64,000 nucleotides of DNA, taken from assembly GCA_964626665.1 (NCBI GenBank), contig CAZVGK010000007.1, forward strand, positions 24,505 through 88,504, read 5' to 3'. The position numbers and the translations under genes were made by a program. Source of the DNA: an uncultured Gemmatimonadota bacterium (GTDB lineage Bacteria > SM23-81 > DAOVCL01). This document shows, piece after piece, positions 45,983-59,658 of this stretch; position 1 is the first letter of the stretch; each line of letters opens with the position of its first letter. The notes beneath the pieces are model-generated. The model had not been told where the DNA came from. It was given only the letters and a program-made list of their open reading frames with translations, and made no database searches.

Positions 45983-48652
45983 GTGCAGATCCTTTCATTG
46001 GAGATAAAGGGGTTTGGCAACTTAGGCCAAAGGGAGCTGAGGTTAGGCCCAGGTCTTAACCTTTTCTTCGGCCCCAACGAAGCAGGGAAATCCACCCTCC
46101 AGACAGCCATTCTCACCTTGCTTTATGGCTTCTACTCCTCTAACCGGGCTAAAAAGGGCGAGAGGGAGGAGCAGGAGCGGCACCGCCCCTGGAAGGGGGG
46201 ACCCTATTGGGGAAGGCTGCGGTATCGGCTCAGGGAGGGAATGGAGGTAGAGATAACCAGGGACTTCTCCTCCTGGGATCTGCCCACCAGCCTACGGGAC
46301 CCGCTTACCGGCAGGGATCTAACCCAGCAGTTTAAGGTCGGTAGACACGGGAATATCCCCTTTGCCCAGGAGCACCTGGGGATGGCCAGGGAGATCTTTG
46401 AGGCCTCCGCCTTCGTGCATCAGGCCCAGGTGAGAGGGCTGAGGAATTCTGTTCACATAATTGACCAGGTAACCAGCCTTTTGGACACCGGTTCTCTGGA
46501 TATGACTGCCCAAAAAGCCATTGAAAATCTAAAGGAGAAGTTGGGAGAGGTAGGAGGAGAGAGAGCTCGCAAGGCCAGGCTCCCCCTTCTTTTCAAGAAG
46601 TTAGGCAACCTGCAATTGGAAAAGGAGAAACTGGAGGAGGCCAGGAGGTCCCTGAGCCAAGATGTGGAGAGAAGGGAAAGGGCAGAGGAGGAGTTGGCCG
46701 TGCTCAAGGGGAAGATTGAAAGGGCGGAATACCTCCTAACTGTTCAAGAGACGGAGGAGGTAAAAGCTCGGTTGAATAGCCTCAGGGAAGCCACCGAAAG
46801 GATCAAGCAACTGGAGAAGGAGGCCAGACCCTACAAACCCTATGCCGAATTTCCCCTCCATCTTAAGGAGGCCTTCCTGCGCCATCAGCAGGATCTGCTC
46901 AATGAGAGGGAGAAGATAAAGGAGATAGAGGAAAAGCTTGCCGGGGAGAGGGAGGAATTGCAGAGACTGGAGAATGCCCTCAAGGGTTACCAGGAGATTG
47001 CCGGGCTGGACCTGGAGAGGTTGCAGAAATTGGGAGTTAGGTGGGAAATGCTCGATCAGAGGTGTAGAGAGGGGGAGGAAAGGCTTGTCCAGATGAAGGA
47101 GGGATTCCCCGGTGATGAAGATGCCCTCTCGCAACTTAACCCTCAGGGAATGGAGGAGATAAAGGCACTAGAGGATGGCCTAGGCCAATTGGCCAGAGGG
47201 ATAGGTAGGGCTGTTTGGAGATGGAGATGGCTGGCCCTGGGATGGGCCGCCCTCAGCCTGGGTGGGGGGCTCTCTTCCCTCTTCCCCCTTCGCTGGGGGG
47301 GCATCGGCCTGTTGATCTTCTCAGGGCTCTGGCTTTGGGTCCAACTCAGGTTGCATCATCTCAGGGTTAAGATAGAAAAAATGCGCAGGGAGCTCAAGGG
47401 GAAGTTCTCTTCCTATGGGGTGGAGAGCTACCAGGAACTCTTGGAGGCAAAGGAAAGGTTCCACAGTTACCTCTCCAGCGCACAAGCCTTGGCCCAGGAG
47501 AAGAAGGAGAGGGAGGAGAGGGAGGGGGAACTCCTGGCCATGCTTAGTAAGATGGGGATAGCCGAGATAACTACCCAGGCTCTTGCTCTTGCGGAGGAAA
47601 GAATCCAGGATTACCAGGCCCAGAGGGGGAAATGGGAGGAGCTCAGAAGGAGGATAGATGAGCTGGAGAAGTCCTTAGCCCAGGCCAAAACCAAGGAGGA
47701 GACCACCGAGATTTCCCAGAGGGAGATCCTCTCCCAGGGAAAGATATGGGAAAGGGATTTGGGGAAGGGAGAGGCCACATTTCGTCAAGGGCTGGACCAT
47801 AGGGAGAGATGGGAAAAGATCAATGGTCAGAGGGAGAAGGAGGAGGCGAAGCTCAAGGGGATACTCTCCCTCAAATCCCAGGGACAGTTAGAGGAGGAGC
47901 TAAAGGAACTTAGCCTCAGGGCCTTAGAGCTGGAAGGGAGGAACCCCAAACTTAAGGGGATTCCTCCTCAGGGGGAGCTGAAGGAGATCCAATCCCGCCA
48001 CCAGGGGTTGCAGGCCCAAAGGGAGAAGTTGGAGAAGGAGTTGGAGAGGATAAAGGAGAGGATAGACAATAGGTTAAGAGGTTATCGTTCCCTCTCCGAG
48101 ATAGAGGAGGAGTTGACTCAGGTGGAGGGGGATGTAGAGTTCCTAAAGAGGTTTCGCGGGGGCCTGCAAAAGGCCAAGGAGACCATCGAGGAAGTCTCCG
48201 ATTCCTATCACCGGGATTTGGTTCCCCACCTGAATCAAGCCGTTAGCCAAGGGATAAAAAGGATAACCCGAGGGAGGTATCAGGAGGTAATGATTGATCC
48301 TCAGGATCTGAGGTTGCAATTGAGGGTGCCGGAGAGGGAGGAGCCCACTCCAGCAGAAAACTTAAGCCTGGGGACCCAGGAGCAGTTATATCTCCTCCTC
48401 AGGCTGGCCATTGTGCAACTTCTGAGCGAGAAGGGGGAGAAGATACCCCTCATCCTCGATGATCCCTTTGTCCACTTCGATCAGGCCAGGCTGGAAGCGG
48501 TTTTACACCTACTTGAGGATCTATCCGGGGAGAATCAGATATTGCTCTTTACCAAGGATGAGTTCATCGCCGATTGGCTAAAGGAAAAGGGAGGGAAGAT
48601 ATTTAACTTAGAAAGAGAAAATGGCACTGAGAGGGAAGGAGTTCGAATATAA
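45983..48652 (+). CDS. SbcC/Rad50-like ATPase with a long coiled coil and two internal predicted transmembrane helices
   Basis: N-terminal FGPNEAGKST Walker A. C-terminal LILDDPFVHFD Walker B/D-loop. Hydrophobic stretch WLALGWAALSLGGGLSSLFPL..IGLLIFSGLWLWV in the middle. Confidence 0.75.
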   Translation: MQILSLEIKGFGNLGQRELRLGPGLNLFFGPNEAGKSTLQTAILTLLYGFYSSNRAKKGEREEQERHRPWKGGPYWGRLRYRLREGMEVEITRDFSSWDLPTSLRDPLTGRDLTQQFKVGRHGNIPFAQEHLGMAREIFEASAFVHQAQVRGLRNSVHIIDQVTSLLDTGSLDMTAQKAIENLKEKLGEVGGERARKARLPLLFKKLGNLQLEKEKLEEARRSLSQDVERRERAEEELAVLKGKIERAEYLLTVQETEEVKARLNSLREATERIKQLEKEARPYKPYAEFPLHLKEAFLRHQQDLLNEREKIKEIEEKLAGEREELQRLENALKGYQEIAGLDLERLQKLGVRWEMLDQRCREGEERLVQMKEGFPGDEDALSQLNPQGMEEIKALEDGLGQLARGIGRAVWRWRWLALGWAALSLGGGLSSLFPLRWGGIGLLIFSGLWLWVQLRLHHLRVKIEKMRRELKGKFSSYGVESYQELLEAKERFHSYLSSAQALAQEKKEREEREGELLAMLSKMGIAEITTQALALAEERIQDYQAQRGKWEELRRRIDELEKSLAQAKTKEETTEISQREILSQGKIWERDLGKGEATFRQGLDHRERWEKINGQREKEEAKLKGILSLKSQGQLEEELKELSLRALELEGRNPKLKGIPPQGELKEIQSRHQGLQAQREKLEKELERIKERIDNRLRGYRSLSEIEEELTQVEGDVEFLKRFRGGLQKAKETIEEVSDSYHRDLVPHLNQAVSQGIKRITRGRYQEVMIDPQDLRLQLRVPEREEPTPAENLSLGTQEQLYLLLRLAIVQLLSEKGEKIPLILDDPFVHFDQARLEAVLHLLEDLSGENQILLFTKDEFIADWLKEKGGKIFNLERENGTEREGVRI

Positions 48653-49724
48653 TCTCCTCATCGTGGAGAAAGATGAGGAGGTAAGAGACTTGCTTATCAA
48701 GTCATTAGACGGGGAGGAGGTGCTCACCAAGGTGGGACGGGCCTTCTTAGAGGGGGATTCGGATAGCGGCGGGATTATGGAGGAGGCTACGGAGTATAAG
48801 GGAAAGATAACCTTTCGCTTAGAGGGTGAGAAGCTAACCAGGGTCCTCCACCTGCAAACCGCGGGTTCGGTGCTGGAGGCCCGCCAGAGGCTGGAGAACT
48901 ATCAGGATATCCTTCTCCTGGACCTTTCCCTTCCCTATCACCCCTTAGAGAAGGGAAAGATAGGGAGGGGGCTGGAGTTGGTGGAGGAGATCAAGGGGAA
49001 AAGCCCCAGCACGGAGATCATAGCGATGACCAGCTCCGAGATCCCTGACCTTGCCGAAAATGCTATATCCAAGGGAGCCTTCTACTTCTTGGAGAAGCCG
49101 GTGCGGAAGGGACTCTTCAAGGCCCTATTGGGAACCGTAATTGGTCGCAAGGAGTCCGAAAAGCTCTCCCATTACGATGCCCTCACCGGCATATACACCA
49201 GGGGGCTCTTTGACCTCATCTTAGAGAAGGAGATAGAGAGCTTAGGGAAGGGTTCACTTAAAGGGGAGCGCCAGGTGGGCCCCCTCTCGGTGATCATCTC
49301 CGATATTGATCTCTTCAAAACCTACAACGATACCTATGGCCATGTGGAGGGTGACCTGGCCCTCAAGGCCGTCACCCAGGCAATGGCTAACTCCCTGAGG
49401 AAGGGGGATACATTAGCCCGTTGTGGAGGAGAAGAGTTTGGGGTTATCCTCCCCAACACCTCCAAGCCTGAGGCCCTCAGGCTGGCCGAGAGACTGCGGA
49501 TGGCGGTGGAGAGGGTTGCCCTCCATCCCAAAGGGGTAAAGGAGGCCGGGTTAACCATCTCCTTGGGGGAAGCTACCTCCTCCGACCACCCCGCCGAGGA
49601 GCTTTACAAGAAGGCCGATGATGCCCTGGTCTACTTTGCTAAGAAAGGGAGAAACAGGACCTGTGGCTGGGACAGCCAGGGGGGGGTGAAAGAGGCCAAG
49701 GAGATCCTCCGGGGGGCTAATTGA
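48621..49724 (+). CDS. receiver-like domain + GGDEF diguanylate cyclase
   Basis: GGEEF motif in the C-terminal domain. N-terminal CheY-like fold. Confidence 0.75.
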   Translation: MALRGKEFEYNLLIVEKDEEVRDLLIKSLDGEEVLTKVGRAFLEGDSDSGGIMEEATEYKGKITFRLEGEKLTRVLHLQTAGSVLEARQRLENYQDILLLDLSLPYHPLEKGKIGRGLELVEEIKGKSPSTEIIAMTSSEIPDLAENAISKGAFYFLEKPVRKGLFKALLGTVIGRKESEKLSHYDALTGIYTRGLFDLILEKEIESLGKGSLKGERQVGPLSVIISDIDLFKTYNDTYGHVEGDLALKAVTQAMANSLRKGDTLARCGGEEFGVILPNTSKPEALRLAERLRMAVERVALHPKGVKEAGLTISLGEATSSDHPAEELYKKADDALVYFAKKGRNRTCGWDSQGGVKEAKEILRGAN

Positions 49725-50794
49725 GGATACTGGACAGATATATAGCCTCCTCCTTTTTTAAGGTCCTCCTCCTTTCCCTTCTGACCTTTTGGCTCATCTC
49801 GGTCTTAGTGAACCTGGTTGACAACATAGACATCTACATTGACCACAAAGCCCCCTTGGCCTCCATCCTCAAATATTACCTCTTCTCCGCCCCTTACACC
49901 CTCATCCTCACCCTGCCTATGGCCACACTTTTGGCCAGCCTCTTCTCCTTGGGCTACCTCTCCGGTTCAAACCAACTCATCGCAATGAGAGGGGCCGGGC
50001 TTAGCCCCCCCCGCATCCTCTCCCCTCTATTCATCGGCTCATTTCTCATCAGCCTTTTTGCCTTAAGCTTTGTCGAGTTGGTCGTCCCCCCCGCCAACAG
50101 CAGGATGGTCTATGTGAAGAGAGTGGAGATAAAGAAGAGGCCGCAGAGGAGGGCCGGACTAATCAAGGACCTCTACTTCCAAGGTCAGGGGGATAGGGTC
50201 TTCTACTTCCATCGCTGGGATGCGCAGCAGAAAAGAGGGGAAGGGGTCTCCATCCAGACCTATCGGGGAGAGAGCCTTAGCTCCAGGATTGATGCCTCCC
50301 AGATGTGGTGGGAGGATGGGGTCTGGGTGCTCAAGGATGGATACAGGAGAAGGTTCACCAAAAAGGGGGAAGAAGTAAACCACTTTACCGACCTCAGCTT
50401 AACCCTGCGGGAAAAACCCTCAGACTTCTCCCGCCTTCCTAGCGACCCCCAGGGGATGAACTTCTACAAGCTCAGGGACTACATCAGGGGGGCAAGAAAG
50501 GGGGGGAAGGAAGTGGCCAGGGAGCTAGTTGATCTCCACCTCAAGTTCTCCTTCCCCTTAGCCAATTTTATCATCGTCCTCTTTGGGGCCCCCATAGCCT
50601 GTCGGAAGAGGAGGAGGGGAATGGCGGTAAACATAGCCACCAGCTTGGGGATAACCTTTGTCTACTATGGCTTCCTGCGGGTGGGCCAGGTTCTGGGCTA
50701 TAACGGCTCTCTCTCCCCCTTCTGGGCCGCCTGGCTGGGAAACCTGCTCTTTGGGGGAGCTGGTCTGCTTCTCCTCTGGTGGGGGAGGAGGTAA
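49721..50794 (+). CDS. LptF/LptG-family LPS export permease
   Basis: MRILDRYI.. N-terminus typical of the YjgP/YjgQ family. Six transmembrane segments with a periplasmic loop. Confidence 0.8.
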   Translation: MRILDRYIASSFFKVLLLSLLTFWLISVLVNLVDNIDIYIDHKAPLASILKYYLFSAPYTLILTLPMATLLASLFSLGYLSGSNQLIAMRGAGLSPPRILSPLFIGSFLISLFALSFVELVVPPANSRMVYVKRVEIKKRPQRRAGLIKDLYFQGQGDRVFYFHRWDAQQKRGEGVSIQTYRGESLSSRIDASQMWWEDGVWVLKDGYRRRFTKKGEEVNHFTDLSLTLREKPSDFSRLPSDPQGMNFYKLRDYIRGARKGGKEVARELVDLHLKFSFPLANFIIVLFGAPIACRKRRRGMAVNIATSLGITFVYYGFLRVGQVLGYNGSLSPFWAAWLGNLLFGGAGLLLLWWGRR

Positions 50795-51202
50795 AAGTTC
50801 AGCATAACAGTTCACAGGGATCAGTTTCCAGGGATCAAGAAAAGTAGCAGACTTGGATACTCATATCCAAATAGCCGTTTCTGCAGGACAGGAAGAAAGA
50901 GAAGAACAAAGGAGTTGAGACTCAAACTTGGTTGTCTCCAGTCAACAGTCTCCCCGCATGCTTCTTGTGGATGTTATCATCCACAGCGAACTCAGGTGCA
51001 TGCTGATTAGCCGGCTTCATAAGGCAACTTCTTTAAATTTGTGTCAAGTTTCTGAAGCCATCAAGAACAGATTGAGAAATACATGCTCTGTGGGAGTGGA
51101 AGAGAGGAGAGAACAATGTGACTGAGGCCCAGACTCCGTTGCTCCGGGCCAATAGTTTCTTACATTTTTAATTCGTAACTATTTACCCAAGTGAAGTGCA
51201 AG

Positions 51203-51655
51203 GTAATCGGTGATCGGGTTATCGGTAATCGGTGAGAAGAAATGGAACATGCAAAAAGTTTTCGGGATTTAGAGGTTTACAAATTGGCTCGGCAGTTATC
51301 ACGAGAAATCTATGAGATCTCTAAGGACCTTCCTAAAGAAGAAATGTTCTCACTGACAGATCAAATCAGACGTTCATCGCGATCTGTCGGTGCACAAATT
51401 GCAGAGGCTTGGGCAAAACATCGGTATGAAAAACACTTTATCAGTAAGCTGACAGATGCTGATGGGGAACAGCAAGAAACACAACACTGGATTAAAACGG
51501 CCAGTGATTGTAATTATTTGTCAGCGAAGCAAACCAAAGATTGGCTGGATCGCTATGCTTCAGTGGGACGAATGTTGAATTCAATGATTAACAAAGCAAC
51601 TCAGTTCTGTTCTTAAGCGTTAAACCCGATCACTGATCACTGGTTACCGATTACC
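51203..51655. mobile_element. low-G+C cassette carrying a four-helix-bundle protein gene, flanked by imperfect inverted repeats (ggtaatcggtgatcgggtt... / ...aacccgatcactgatcactggttaccgattacc)
   Basis: IRs at ~51203-51240 and ~51620-51655. Interior G+C is visibly lower than the flanks. Confidence 0.5.
51242..51616 (+). CDS. four-helix-bundle protein (TIGR02436 / 23S-rRNA-IVS-protein / Avd-like family)
   Basis: 124-aa sequence with the characteristic ..EVYKLARQLSREIY...RRSSRSVGAQIAEAWAK.. signature. Confidence 0.7.
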   Translation: MEHAKSFRDLEVYKLARQLSREIYEISKDLPKEEMFSLTDQIRRSSRSVGAQIAEAWAKHRYEKHFISKLTDADGEQQETQHWIKTASDCNYLSAKQTKDWLDRYASVGRMLNSMINKATQFCS

Positions 51656-51870
51656 AAAGCTCCGCTTCAGATGGCTAAAATGTTAATTTAATTCTACATT
51701 TTGCATTCTAAGCTTCGCCCAGTTTATACTGCCAGACCTCGTCGGCTTGCCCGTCCCGGGCCAGGAAGGCGAAGCTTCGCTAGGGGAGAAGGAGATAGAG
51801 GGAGGGAGGGGTCTGGTGCGGAGGTCAGAACATATGCCTTGGTGCCATCTAAAGGAGGTGAACATCTCTT

Positions 51871-56236
<4,366 letters not shown>

Positions 56237-57071
56237 GATGAGGGAAGAACGGACAAAGCTCCTCCTGACCTGGCTGGGGTTATCCTTTATGGTTATCTTC
56301 TGCCTCACCCCCTTTTTCTTTATGATAATGGTCTCTCTGAGCAAAGACCCCACATTCCTATCCTTGCAGAAGGTTAAATATCTCCTCACCCTAAGGAACT
56401 ATATTCACATCCTGAGAGCGGGATCGCTTCACTTCCCCGCCTACTTGAGAAATAGCCTGATCATCTCCGCCCTGGTGGCAATCTTTGCCACATTTGTGGC
56501 CGGGCTGGCTGCCTATGCTTTTTCCAGGTATCGTTTTCCGGGAAGGGTTCTCATCCCCCTGGGAGTCTTGGGAATCTCTATGTTCCCCCAGATAAGCGTA
56601 GTGGGCTATCTTTTCAAGATAATGACGGGATTGGGCTGGATAAATACCTATAATGCCTTGATTTTCCCTTATATAGCCTGGGCCTTACCCCTTGCCCTCT
56701 GGATAGTCCTGAGCTATTTTATGCAGATCCCCCAGGAGCTGGACAGGGCCGCCTTGGTGGATGGGGCGTCCCGATTTCAAACCCTCTATAAGATAATCTT
56801 CCCCTTGGCATTACCAGGGCTCTTCTCCACCGCATTGTTGGTCTTTATCTTCTCCTTCAATGAGTTTCTCTTTGCCCTGATGCTTACCACAGACCAGGCG
56901 GCCAGGACCATTCCGGTGGGGATTGCCCTCTTCCAAGGCCTCCATGGAGAGATACCCTGGGGGCATATTATGGCGGCTTCCACAATTTCCTCCATCCCTC
57001 TGGTTCTGCTTACCGTTGGCTTTCAGCGCTATATCATTCAGGATTTAACCAAAGGGGCATTGAAGGGATAA
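56237..57071 (+). CDS. sugar ABC transporter permease (MalG/ThuG-like)
   Basis: ATG at 56237 directly after the TGA of the previous permease. Six transmembrane segments. Confidence 0.75.
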
Positions 57072-57074
57072 CCC

Positions 57075-57700
57075 CGGATTAGGCAACAAGGAACCACGAG
57101 ATAATGTGCTGTCAGGAGTTACCTCCTGACAGCCCTTGAGACCTCTGGTTGTGCTGGTAGGGCTCTGCCCTGACGGAAATGGTTCTACCGCACTTTAGTG
57201 CGGATTATTATGGAGTGCGTCAACCCTGTTGACGTGGGCTGTGACAGGAGTCACAGCACTCCAAATAGACTATCCGTCCGAGCCGTCAGAACCCTTGTTC
57301 TGACGACAAAGGAGAAGGTGGGAGAAAAGGGAAATAAGTTGGTAATTTGGAAAGTCAAGACTAAAGATGTGACCCCATATTTCACCATATTTCTCCACCT
57401 TATTTGCCCAAATGACCCACATTGTAGGGGTTTGATTCATCAAACCCGCTGCGGTGAACGAGGGGTTTGGAGTGAATCCCGAATTATCGGAATTCCACTT
57501 GACTTTTAATTGAATTTGTGGTAATTTTACGTTTCGGAATTTCTAAGAAATTCAAAAACGTAGGGGGATGTTTGAAGGGGGTATGCCCCCTTCAAGGGTG
57601 ACAGCGGAGCAATCCGAGCTGGCGTAGGATTGCGGAGCGCCATAGGGCCGGTGAGGCCCTCTGGAGAAGTTAGCGACCGTAAGGGAGCTAAGTTCTGGAT
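57075..57700. repeat. intergenic repeat cluster (gtgctgtcaggagttacctcctgacagc 57106-57134; gtagggctctgccct; 20-mer 57184-57203; gtcaacagggttgacg..gtcacag; 115-bp repeat 57283-57395, shared with 61021-61130; gaagggggtatgcccccttc 57581-57600; ttagcgaccgtaagg 57655-57680)
   Basis: Direct matches. ORF 57198-57509 is considered spurious. Confidence 0.8.
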
Positions 57701-57710
57701 AAGGAGGTGA

Positions 57711-57965
57711 TTGAAGATGAAAACTCAAACCCTGATGCAACAGCTTGAAGGTTTTGAAAAGGATATGGATTGGTTAAACAGTAGGTATGAGGAGCTGAAG
57801 AGTAAATATCCGGATGAGTTCGTGGCAGTTTTAAGAGAAAACATTGTAGATCATGATAGAGATTTGAGCAAGCTGATGGGCAGATTAGAAACCAGATTTC
57901 CCGAGGATTTCCCAAGAATTGCGATAAAGTTTGTGAGCACAAAGAGAGTTGAGTTGATCCTATGA
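57711..57965 (+). CDS. small protein, DUF5678-like, partner of the downstream aspartic protease
   Basis: 84 aa. Its ATGA overlaps the next gene. Lower G+C. Confidence 0.5.
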   Translation: MKMKTQTLMQQLEGFEKDMDWLNSRYEELKSKYPDEFVAVLRENIVDHDRDLSKLMGRLETRFPEDFPRIAIKFVSTKRVELIL

Positions 57966-58420
57966 AAATCAAAGGGAGCTGGGGTGAGTTTGATGCCCCT
58001 TACCTGAGGGGAGCGTTTATTTGTCACAAACTGAATCTTATGAGATATATCGATCTCTTGATTGACACAGGCGCAAGCAGCACAACTATTTTAGATAATG
58101 ACGCGCTAAGATTGGGTATAGATTATAACAAGATAGAAAAGTTGGCAGAAGGAACAATGGGAATAGGTGGGTCTGTTGACACTTATGTTATACCAGATGT
58201 AATGATAGCATTCAGAACTATGGAAGGGATCCACAGAGAGAAATTTGGTAATGTATTTGTTGTCAGACACATGCCCAGAAACAGAGAAGAGGAAGAAAGA
58301 ATAAAAAGAATACCATCACTTTTGGGCAGGGATTTTCTCAATAAGTACAGCTTATTTTTGAATAGGAAGGATAAGATCGTCACAATTAGTGATAAATCGG
58401 GGGCAGCTCTCAGAAAATAG
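57962..58420 (+). CDS. retropepsin-like (clan AA) aspartic protease
   Basis: LIDTGASSTTI active-site motif. 152 aa. Confidence 0.65.
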   Translation: MKIKGSWGEFDAPYLRGAFICHKLNLMRYIDLLIDTGASSTTILDNDALRLGIDYNKIEKLAEGTMGIGGSVDTYVIPDVMIAFRTMEGIHREKFGNVFVVRHMPRNREEEERIKRIPSLLGRDFLNKYSLFLNRKDKIVTISDKSGAALRK

Positions 58421-58440
58421 ATATTGGTATCTTTCTGAAG

Positions 58441-58700
58441 GTTACTTACTTATGGCAAAACCTCTGCGCATTGAGTTGGCCTGGAGCGCTGTATCACCTC
58501 ACAGACCGAGGGAACGGGCGGTAGGTGATCTTTCGCTATGAGCGTGATCGGCGACATCACATGCTTGCGTATGTCAGGGGACCAAGCTCATGTATCTGGC
58601 TCAGAGGTAGAATGGGAGATCAATGTGCCAATTGGCAAGGAGCTTAGGAGGAATAGATTCTGTGTTCTGGTGTTCTGGGGACACCATACTTGTTTTTTAA
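58441..58700 (+). pseudogene. decayed N-terminal remnant of a COG1943 IS200-like / RAYT-type Y1 (HUH) transposase
   Basis: Frame 1 gives MAKPLRIEL. The +1 frame continues PGALYHLTDRGNGR, then TAG. This matches the conserved (R)PLRIE.PGA.YHVT.RGN.R N-terminus of this family. Downstream, ..HHMLAYV..P...IWL looks like a degraded HuH (HAYVLMPNHVHLL) region. Confidence 0.5.
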
Positions 58701-58779
58701 CATAAGCGTAGAGTGAGAACACGGTCAGCTCTTGATATTTGACCAATACTTCTATAGGCTTGTTTAAGACTTAGAATTG

Positions 58780-59045
58780 ATCAGGAAAGGAGGAATCACC
58801 ATAAAATTGTAAAAACCTTTTTTCCCAATTTTCTCCATACTATTTCGTTATTTTCTCAAGCTCATCGGTCGTCCCTTCAACAAATCGCATATCTGTTGCT
58901 CGGACCTTTAAAATCTTCATACCTATCATCCGTCTAAACGCTTACCTTCCCTCTGAGGAATGCCCTCGGCGCAATCGGTTTAATCCTCTTCTTTCTACTT
59001 GTACTCAAGCAAACGGTCGCTTATATTTTACTCATAGGAAGATAT
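58780..59045. repeat. ~260-bp direct repeat, copy 1 (copy 2 at 60095-60545); the pair flank a toxin-antitoxin pair
   Basis: ataaaattgtaaaaacctttttcccaattttctccatactatttcg...caatcggtttaatcctcttctttct...cgcttatatt is shared with copy 2 at roughly 85-90% identity by eye. Confidence 0.7.
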
Positions 59046-59433
59046 GTCCCCAAGGGTTTTCGATCTTCCTCCTGTATTCGTTGACCAACTTTTGCCTGCC
59101 TAAATAGAGGAGAGAGAATCTATGCAGGATGGTTAATATGCGGGGTCATCGGCGAGGTTAACCCCAAAAGTTCCTTGACCGTGGGCTCCTGAAAGAGTAT
59201 ATTGGTATGTAGTTGGGAGAAAGATGGTGATAAGCAAATGCAAATGGATAATGAGGTGGCAGAAGAGAGCTTCTGCCACCTCAAACAGAATTTTTCCGCT
59301 GTTATCCAGTCAAGAGCGGGGTGTTATACGGAAACCATATGAGCCGTAGTTCGGTAAAAAATATACAACTTGCACACTGGCAGCCAAAAAATAAATTCGA
59401 GTATATGTGCTGCCCCACTATAAGGAGGTAAAA

Positions 59434-59658
59434 ATGAATCCAAACGATATTTCCGTATTCGACCTAAGTCCACCGGAGAAGTTACAGTTGGTGGAAGACC
59501 TCTGGGATGATCTCGCGGCTACGCCTTCAGAGGTTCCTGTGCATGAATGGCAAAAAGAAGAGTTGGCTCGCCGAAAAGCTAACTTGATGAGCAAGCCGGG
59601 TTCGGGGCTTTCGTGGGACGAAGTCAAACGCAGGATTCGAACTCGCTATGGCCGTTGA
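59434..59658 (+). CDS. antitoxin, putative addiction-module component (TIGR02574-like)
   Basis: GGAGG RBS + ATG at 59434. LSPPEKLQLVEDLWDDL motif. Confidence 0.65.
   Translation: MNPNDISVFDLSPPEKLQLVEDLWDDLAATPSEVPVHEWQKEELARRKANLMSKPGSGLSWDEVKRRIRTRYGR

Noticed and set aside
57198-57509. 103-aa ORF and its look-alike at 60792-61178
   Set aside because: Both overlap hairpin arrays. Their similarity derives from the shared 115-bp nucleotide repeat rather than from independent protein conservation. This is kept as a finding only as a possible small peptide or sRNA.
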